Of a stretch of DNA of 64,000 bases, positions 60,288 through 64,000 are shown one piece after another (the stretch's first letter is position 1; each line of letters opens with the position of its first letter). Both the position numbers and the translations under genes were made by a program. The notes beneath the pieces were generated by a model. The model saw only the letters and a program-made list of their open reading frames with translations, did not search any database and had not been told where the DNA came from. This DNA comes from Gammaproteobacteria bacterium. GTDB taxonomy: Bacteria; Pseudomonadota; Gammaproteobacteria; UBA4575. The DNA lies in NCBI GenBank assembly GCA_965221955.1, contig CBDCTA010000002.1:1-64000 (forward strand), written 5' to 3'.

Positions 60288-61460
60288 ATGGCAACATATC
60301 CAAAACTATTACCAAATTCTGAGAATCCACTTAAGCCTTCGGCTTGGCTGGAATCAGATCAAGTGGAGTTTGCGTATTGGGTGCCCAACATATCTGGTGG
60401 TTTGGTAATTACAACACTACCTATGGATACTGATTGGACTCCTGAGGCAAACATTAAATATGCGCAAGATGCAGAAGAAGTAGGATTTGCAACTGCTCTA
60501 TGCCAAACACGTTGGTTTGCAAGTTATGGCGCAGACCATCAACACGAAGCATTCACAATTGCGAATGTACTTCTACAACACACTAAAAAAATTGAAATGA
60601 TTACTGCATGTCATCCCGGTTTATGGCATCCGGCAATTGTGGCTAAGTTGCAAGCATCGCTTGATGTTTGTTGTCAAGGCCGTACTTCAATTAATATCGT
60701 GAGTGGCTGGTTCAAAGGCGAATTTACGGGTTATGGCTTACCATGGCTTGAGCATACTGAACGATATCGTAGATCCGAAGAATTCATTCGTATTATGAAA
60801 GGTATGTGGACTGAAGAAGAGTACACCATGTACGGGGATTTCTATCAAATAAATGGTGCTCCAATGCTACCAAAGCCGTTACACAGAATTACAGTATTTC
60901 AGGGTGGAAACTCTAAAGATGCGCGTCGAATGGCAGGTAGAGTGACAGATTGCTTGTTTATGAATGGAAATACAAACAAAGGCTTTAAAGAAATTATGGA
61001 TGATTCTCGTGCCTCTGCAGTCGAGAGTGGTCGTGATCCTAACGAACTTAAGTTTGGTGCAAATGGTTTTTGTATTGTTCGCGATACGATGGAAGAAGCA
61101 ACCGATACTTTGCGTGAAATCATCGTTAATGCTGATGTAGAAGCTGTGAAGGGTTTTGGTGAAGCTGTGAAAAACGCAGGCCGATCATCTGCTGAAGGTG
61201 AAGGCATGTGGGCAAATTCATCATTTGAAGATTTAGTTCAATATAATGATGGCTTTAAGACTGGCCTTATTGGCACACCAGAAACAGTTGCTGATCGTAT
61301 TATTGAGCTAAAACAGTTAGGTATGAAAGTAATCCTTTGTGGGTTCTTGCACTACAATACAGACTTAAGAGCATTTGGCGAGAAGGTTATTCCTTTAGTG
61401 CGTGAGAAAGAAGAAGACCTTCGCAAAGGTAAGTCTTACGGCAAAAAGAAGTCTGCTTAA
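60288..61460 (+). CDS. sfnG: FMNH2-dependent luciferase-like monooxygenase, dimethylsulfone monooxygenase SfnG family
   Basis: 'FAYWVPNISGGLV', 'NIVSGWFKGEF', 'WLEH.ERYRRSEEFIR', 'FEDLVQYNDGFKT.LIGTP'. Confidence 0.85.
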   Translation: MATYPKLLPNSENPLKPSAWLESDQVEFAYWVPNISGGLVITTLPMDTDWTPEANIKYAQDAEEVGFATALCQTRWFASYGADHQHEAFTIANVLLQHTKKIEMITACHPGLWHPAIVAKLQASLDVCCQGRTSINIVSGWFKGEFTGYGLPWLEHTERYRRSEEFIRIMKGMWTEEEYTMYGDFYQINGAPMLPKPLHRITVFQGGNSKDARRMAGRVTDCLFMNGNTNKGFKEIMDDSRASAVESGRDPNELKFGANGFCIVRDTMEEATDTLREIIVNADVEAVKGFGEAVKNAGRSSAEGEGMWANSSFEDLVQYNDGFKTGLIGTPETVADRIIELKQLGMKVILCGFLHYNTDLRAFGEKVIPLVREKEEDLRKGKSYGKKKSA

Positions 61461-61512
61461 TCAAGTAAAGTACTAAGCTTAGATTATCTAATGCTATGTA
61501 TTTTCCTCTGCC

Positions 61513-61572
61513 AGAAACGCTGAGAAAAGGAATTAAATAGAAATTATAAATTCCTTTTCTCTTGTCGTTTCT
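61513..61572 (+). other. Long intergenic stem-loop between sfnG and the FMN reductase
   Basis: GAGAAAAGGAATT...AATTCCTTTTCTC 13-bp stem, extended by AGAAACG/CGTTTCT. Confidence 0.7.
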
Positions 61573-61596
61573 AGCATTATTTAGGAGGTATATGTA

Positions 61597-62196
61597 ATGA
61601 AATTACTAGGAATATCAGGAGGCATGAGTCAAAAAACTCTTGTTGCTTTAGAAAAGGCACTTGATTTTGCATATCAATATGACAATGCTATAGATATTGA
61701 GGTAATAAGTATTGGCGAGCTTGATATCCAATTTTGTGATGGTAGAGATCCGGCAAAATATGAAGGCGATACAAAGCTTATTATTGACAAAATTATTGAT
61801 GCAGATGCATTGATATTTGGAACACCGATGTATCGAGGGACTTATACTGGACTGTTAAAAAACGTTTTTGACTTAATCCCGAATGACGCACTTATGGGTA
61901 AACCAGTAGGCTTGATTGCAACAGGTGGTAGTGATCATCATTATTTAGCATTAGAGCACGAACTCAAACCTTTGTTAGGTTTTTTTCTCGCACACGCTAT
62001 TCCTGGGAATGTGTATGCAAATAATGAGCATTATTCTAATAGGGATTTAGTAGATCAAGATGTTCTTGACCGTTTAAGAGAGCTTGCAGAGTCTATTGTA
62101 AATTTTGTAAGAATCTTGCCGGAAGATAAAGCAAGCCTCGTAGGTGCGAGAGCACCCACTATAAGAAGGAAGCCTATACTAAAAAAAGCTAGTTAA
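61597..62196 (+). CDS. NAD(P)H-dependent FMN reductase (SsuE/MsuE/SfnF family)
   Basis: 'GTPMYRGTYTGLLKNVFD', 'ATGGSDHHYLALEHELKPL'. Confidence 0.9.
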   Translation: MKLLGISGGMSQKTLVALEKALDFAYQYDNAIDIEVISIGELDIQFCDGRDPAKYEGDTKLIIDKIIDADALIFGTPMYRGTYTGLLKNVFDLIPNDALMGKPVGLIATGGSDHHYLALEHELKPLLGFFLAHAIPGNVYANNEHYSNRDLVDQDVLDRLRELAESIVNFVRILPEDKASLVGARAPTIRRKPILKKAS

Positions 62197-62218
62197 AAAT
62201 AAATAATAAATACTCATA

Positions 62219-62539
62219 TTGTCGGAGGAACGTATGTCTCAAAATAATCCTAAATATAAAATTTTGCAGCAAGTCGTAGATGAAGAAACGTATAGGACAG
62301 ATACATCTACTTTATTGGCTTATGATGAAGGCAATAGTAAATTTCTTTTTAGGGCATTAAATTCTAATTATTTTTTACAAAGTGACGATAAAGAAGAAAT
62401 ACAAGTATTAGAAATGGGTGAGGCTGAAGAGATGTGGAATGAAATGCCAAATAAGCATGTAACGAATATTACTGCTGCATTTCCAAAATATCATGGTGGT
62501 GTAGGAATGGATACCTATACTAATTTGTATGACGACTAA
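62219..62539 (+). CDS. Hypothetical acidic protein
   Basis: Operon-embedded ORF; likely start ATG 62234 after GGAGG; no recognised motif. Confidence 0.7.
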   Translation: MSEERMSQNNPKYKILQQVVDEETYRTDTSTLLAYDEGNSKFLFRALNSNYFLQSDDKEEIQVLEMGEAEEMWNEMPNKHVTNITAAFPKYHGGVGMDTYTNLYDD

Positions 62540-62588
62540 TCTTGTAGCACATTAAGATAATTAGCTTATAAGCTTTAAGGGGTTAGTA

Positions 62589-63164
62589 ATATCTACATTA
62601 GTAATACCTCCGTTAAATTATTGCACTAATTGTGGAGCAAAACTTACACGTTTTGTTCCAAATGGCGACTTGTTAGAGCGTAGTGTTTGTCATAAATGCG
62701 AACTAGTTCATTACGAAAATCCAAAAATACTTGTAGGAAGCATTATTGATTGCGATAGCAAAGTTTTATTATGCAAACGGGCAACTGAGCCGCGTCTGGG
62801 TTATTGGACATTGCCATCTGGCTATATGGAAAATAATGAAACTGTTCATGCTGCTGCGCTTCGTGAAACCTATGAAGAAACTAAGGTATCAGTGGAGGAG
62901 TTGAGTTTATACTCAGTATTCTCATGCCCTAACATAAATCAAGTTTACTTTATATTTCGTGGTCAGGCAGATAATGACTGCGCCTCTACAACAGAGGAAA
63001 GTTCAGAGACAAGATATTTTCAAAAACAAGATATTCCCTGGCATGATTTATCTTATTCTATTATGAAACAAGCCTTAGAGTGGTATTTTCACGATAAAGA
63101 AATTGGTAGCTACCACTTTAGAATGCATGATGTGTATGGTTGCGATCCGGATTTACAATCATAA
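62589..63164 (+). CDS. NUDIX hydrolase with N-terminal zinc ribbon
   Basis: The frame extends upstream of 62670 to include 'NYCTNCG...VCHKC'; Nudix box 'GYMENNET...AALRETYEET'; inferred ATA start at 62589. Confidence 0.85.
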   Translation: MSTLVIPPLNYCTNCGAKLTRFVPNGDLLERSVCHKCELVHYENPKILVGSIIDCDSKVLLCKRATEPRLGYWTLPSGYMENNETVHAAALRETYEETKVSVEELSLYSVFSCPNINQVYFIFRGQADNDCASTTEESSETRYFQKQDIPWHDLSYSIMKQALEWYFHDKEIGSYHFRMHDVYGCDPDLQS

Positions 63165-63345
63165 ATAAAACTCAATTAGTGTGTTGTTCCCACACTACTA
63201 AAATCCTAACCTTTTGCTCTTCATATGTTTCAAAGTGCACATATCCAGATAGCGTTAATGAAACATGTTAATTTTTAAATTAATAATGAATTCACTATTG
63301 ATACTTAAACTACTAGTTATTAAGGCAATATTTTTTCATAAATTG

Positions 63346-63361
63346 TGGCCCATTAGTTGCA
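63346..63361 (+). promoter_or_regulatory. sigma54 promoter of the OsmC-family gene
   Basis: TGGCCCATTAGTTGCA. Confidence 0.65.
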
Positions 63362-63402
63362 GGTATTTTAATTAAAGCTGTTAAAAATTAGGAAATGTAA
63401 GG

Positions 63403-63972
63403 TTGAGCCAAGAGAATATTAGAGATAATACAAGTTTAAAAGACTCCGTATTAAATCTTATTAGTAAAACTTCTGCTGACGAAAATGTTGGGAAATTTTC
63501 CTATAGTGTTTATACACATAATGAAGGAGGGGTATTGTGTAAAGCAAGGGTGCGAAATGAACATAGTTTAGTTGTTGATGAGAAACCAATCTTAGGCGGT
63601 TGTGATTTGGGTATGAGCCCCATTGAGCTTTTATTAGTTTCATTAGGTACATCACAAGAAATTGTATTCTCGATGATGGCGTCTAAATTAAATATTGAAT
63701 TAGAAGAATGTGAAGTGCAGTTAACAGCGGAATTAGATGTAAGAGGAATGCTTGGTGTTGCAGATAGGAACAATGAGGCAGGAACTGGGCTTAGCAATAT
63801 TAATTATACTACTAAATTGAAAAGTAACGCTTCAAGTAAGCAGCTTGAAGTGCTAATCCAAGCAGTTAAAAAACAATGTCCAGTATTAAATATATTGACA
63901 GAGAAAGTAAGTGTAAAAGGCACAACAATAATAAATAACTATGAATTGAATCATAGAGATAAAGTTGCCTAA
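63403..63972 (+). CDS. OsmC/Ohr family protein
   Basis: 'VDEKPILGG.DLGMSPIELLLVSLG', 'LDVRGMLG', 'KQCPVL'. Confidence 0.85.
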   Translation: MSQENIRDNTSLKDSVLNLISKTSADENVGKFSYSVYTHNEGGVLCKARVRNEHSLVVDEKPILGGCDLGMSPIELLLVSLGTSQEIVFSMMASKLNIELEECEVQLTAELDVRGMLGVADRNNEAGTGLSNINYTTKLKSNASSKQLEVLIQAVKKQCPVLNILTEKVSVKGTTIINNYELNHRDKVA

Positions 63973-64000
63973 TTACTCAAATATTTGCTGTTGTAGATAT

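Noticed and set aside
58675-62196. Bioluminescence (lux-rib) operon
   Set aside because: The luciferase-like protein has SfnG motifs; there is no luxAB pair or luxCDE
1413-63797. Many 60-140 aa ORFs antisense to or nested in recognised genes
   Set aside because: They overlap well-supported CDSs and show no motifs
1-64000. CRISPR arrays, tRNA/rRNA genes, IS elements, FMN riboswitch before ribBA
   Set aside because: No repeat-spacer pattern, RNA-gene signature, transposase or RFN consensus seen by eye

Overview
AT-rich gammaproteobacterial chromosome segment. Positions ~2.9-48.6 kb hold an essentially complete polar-type flagellar system: PomAB-like stator, flgNMA, flgB-L, a single fliC, flaG-fliDST, fleQ-fleSR, fliE-R, flhBAF-fleN-fliA. 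Its sigma54/sigma28 promoter hierarchy can be read directly from the sequence. The chemotaxis blocks that usually sit in such clusters (cheV-cheR between flgA and flgB; cheYZAB-cheW between fliA and the DUF2802 gene) are missing here. Instead, sigma28-type promoters precede unexpected genes: a voltage-gated K+ channel, a glutamate-synthase-family flavoprotein plus diguanylate cyclase, HDOD/GGDEF proteins, a small Cys-rich protein and an atypical receiver. The right end (54-64 kb) is a candidate sigma54 mini-regulon. It has a CbrB-like activator and four -24/-12 promoters, each with upstream TGTTTC/GAAACA-type repeats. Its genes are a flavin reductase, an orphan solute-binding protein, ribBA, a stand-alone EF-Ts N-terminal-domain protein, an S-rich SfnG-like flavin monooxygenase, an FMN reductase, a NUDIX hydrolase and an OsmC-family protein. 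The frameshifts in fliK, the binding protein and ribBA look like possible long-read indel errors. All calls come from motif recognition by eye; no database searches were run.
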